DNA of 64,000 nucleotides from an uncultured Planctomycetota bacterium (GTDB lineage Bacteria; Planctomycetota; Planctomycetia; Gemmatales; Gemmataceae): NCBI GenBank assembly GCA_963849325.1, contig CAWKHF010000005.1, positions 1 to 64,000 of the forward strand, read 5' to 3'. Shown piece by piece: positions 62,999 to 64,000 of this stretch (position 1 is its first letter; each line of letters starts with the position of its first letter). The notes under the pieces were generated by a model. It saw only the letters and a program-made list of their open reading frames with translations, ran no database searches and was not told where the DNA came from. The position numbers and the translations under genes were made by a program.

Positions 62999-63430
62999 AT
63001 GCAATGGGAAAGTTCGCCCCCATCCGTTTCCCGGGGCGCCCTGTGGACGGGAAGGGCCCTGAGCACCCTGCCGGCCCTCTTTCTGCTGTTCGACGGGGCC
63101 ATGAAACTCGTGAAGCCGACTCCCGTCGTGGAAGCCACCGTTGAACTGGGTTTTTCCGAACAGGTGATTTTTCCGCTCGGGATCGTCTTGCTGGCTTGCA
63201 CCATCCTTTACCTGCTCCCGCCCACGGCCGTTCTCGGGGCCATCCTGCTGACCGGATACCTGGGCGGGGCGGTCGCGATACACGTGCATGCCGGGCACGG
63301 TCCGTTCCGGGTTATCTTCCCGGTCCTCTTCGGCGTCTTGCTCTGGGGGGGGTTGGTGTTGCGCGACCGGCGATTGCGCCCGCTCGTGCCCTGGCGGCGC
63401 GGCGTGGAAGGCCGGCCGGAGGCGACGTAG
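62999..63430 (+). CDS. DoxX-family membrane protein
   Basis: LFDGAMKL..PPTAVLGAILLTGYLGGAVAIH..LVLRD. Confidence 0.9.
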   Translation: MQWESSPPSVSRGALWTGRALSTLPALFLLFDGAMKLVKPTPVVEATVELGFSEQVIFPLGIVLLACTILYLLPPTAVLGAILLTGYLGGAVAIHVHAGHGPFRVIFPVLFGVLLWGGLVLRDRRLRPLVPWRRGVEGRPEAT

Positions 63431-63519
63431 ACCCGAAAAAGCTTCGCGACGTCGATTCCACCCGGACTCGTTCGACAAGGGGGTGGAGATCGAATTCCTG
63501 CTCGAACCAGGGAGCCCCC

Positions 63520-63931
63520 ATGCAAGTAAATCCGTATCGGATGTTCGCCGGCCCGTGCGAGGCCGCGTTTACGTTCTACGCGAAGTGTCTGGGCGGCCAG
63601 ATCGAGGCCATGCTGCCGCACGAGGGCACGCCCGCGGCGGAGAACGTGCCGCCACCGTGGCGCAAAGAAAATCCTTCACGCCTGCCTGCGCCTGGGCGAC
63701 GGGGTGCTGATGGGTTCCGATGCCCCGCCGACCTACCAGGAGAAACCCCAGGGCTTCTCCCTATCGATCCAGGTGAAGGATCCCGCCGAGGCGGAACGCT
63801 GCTTTCACGCTCTGGCCGAAAACGGCACCGTACGCATGCCGATTCAGGAGACCTTCTGGGCCCTCCGGTTCGGCATGCTCGTCGATTCGTTCGGCATCCC
63901 GTGGATGATTAACTGCCCTCGACCCGGATGA
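63520..63931 (+). CDS. VOC/PhnB-family protein (frameshift near 63668)
   Basis: MQVNPY..CEAAFTFY..LMGSD..QETFWA..FGMLVDSFGIPWMIN. Confidence 0.88.
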
Positions 63932-64000
63932 ACGGGGCCAGTTCCGACCCGGCGAAACTGGCGCGGAGCGAAACCGGCCCTTTCTCGCCGGGTCGAGACC

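Overview
GC-rich window, probably from a Planctomycetota (Gemmataceae-like) genome; this is inferred from protein families and a REP palindrome. Almost all of it (1 to ~61070) is a composite integrative mobilizable/conjugative element next to a tRNA-Ser(GGA) and its tyrosine integrase. From left to right it contains: a defence operon (HTH, IetA AAA ATPase, IetS S8 protease, type I HsdM); signalling, WD40, ISKra4 and surface-polysaccharide cargo between two ~165-bp structured repeats; a DarB-like methylase-helicase and an ardC-type gene cluster with an IS110; two MobF relaxase genes, one full length and one intact ORF that has lost nearly all its catalytic residues; an SF2 helicase with four unusual C-terminal repeats; a captured P4-type integrase/AlpA module with an apparently intact tRNA-Glu-type attP; a ParB-VirD4 operon followed by five micro membrane-protein genes separated by conserved hairpins and three proteins sharing a C-terminal motif; and metabolic cargo (methyltransferase, PPK2, complete N-ATPase operon, phosphoketolase). 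Right of the tRNA are an ECF42-type pseudogene and YCII, DoxX and VOC genes. The many single-base frameshifts probably reflect long-read indel errors. The best novelty candidates are the dead relaxase module and the VirD4-linked micro-gene/effector array, which has no mating-pair genes in view.
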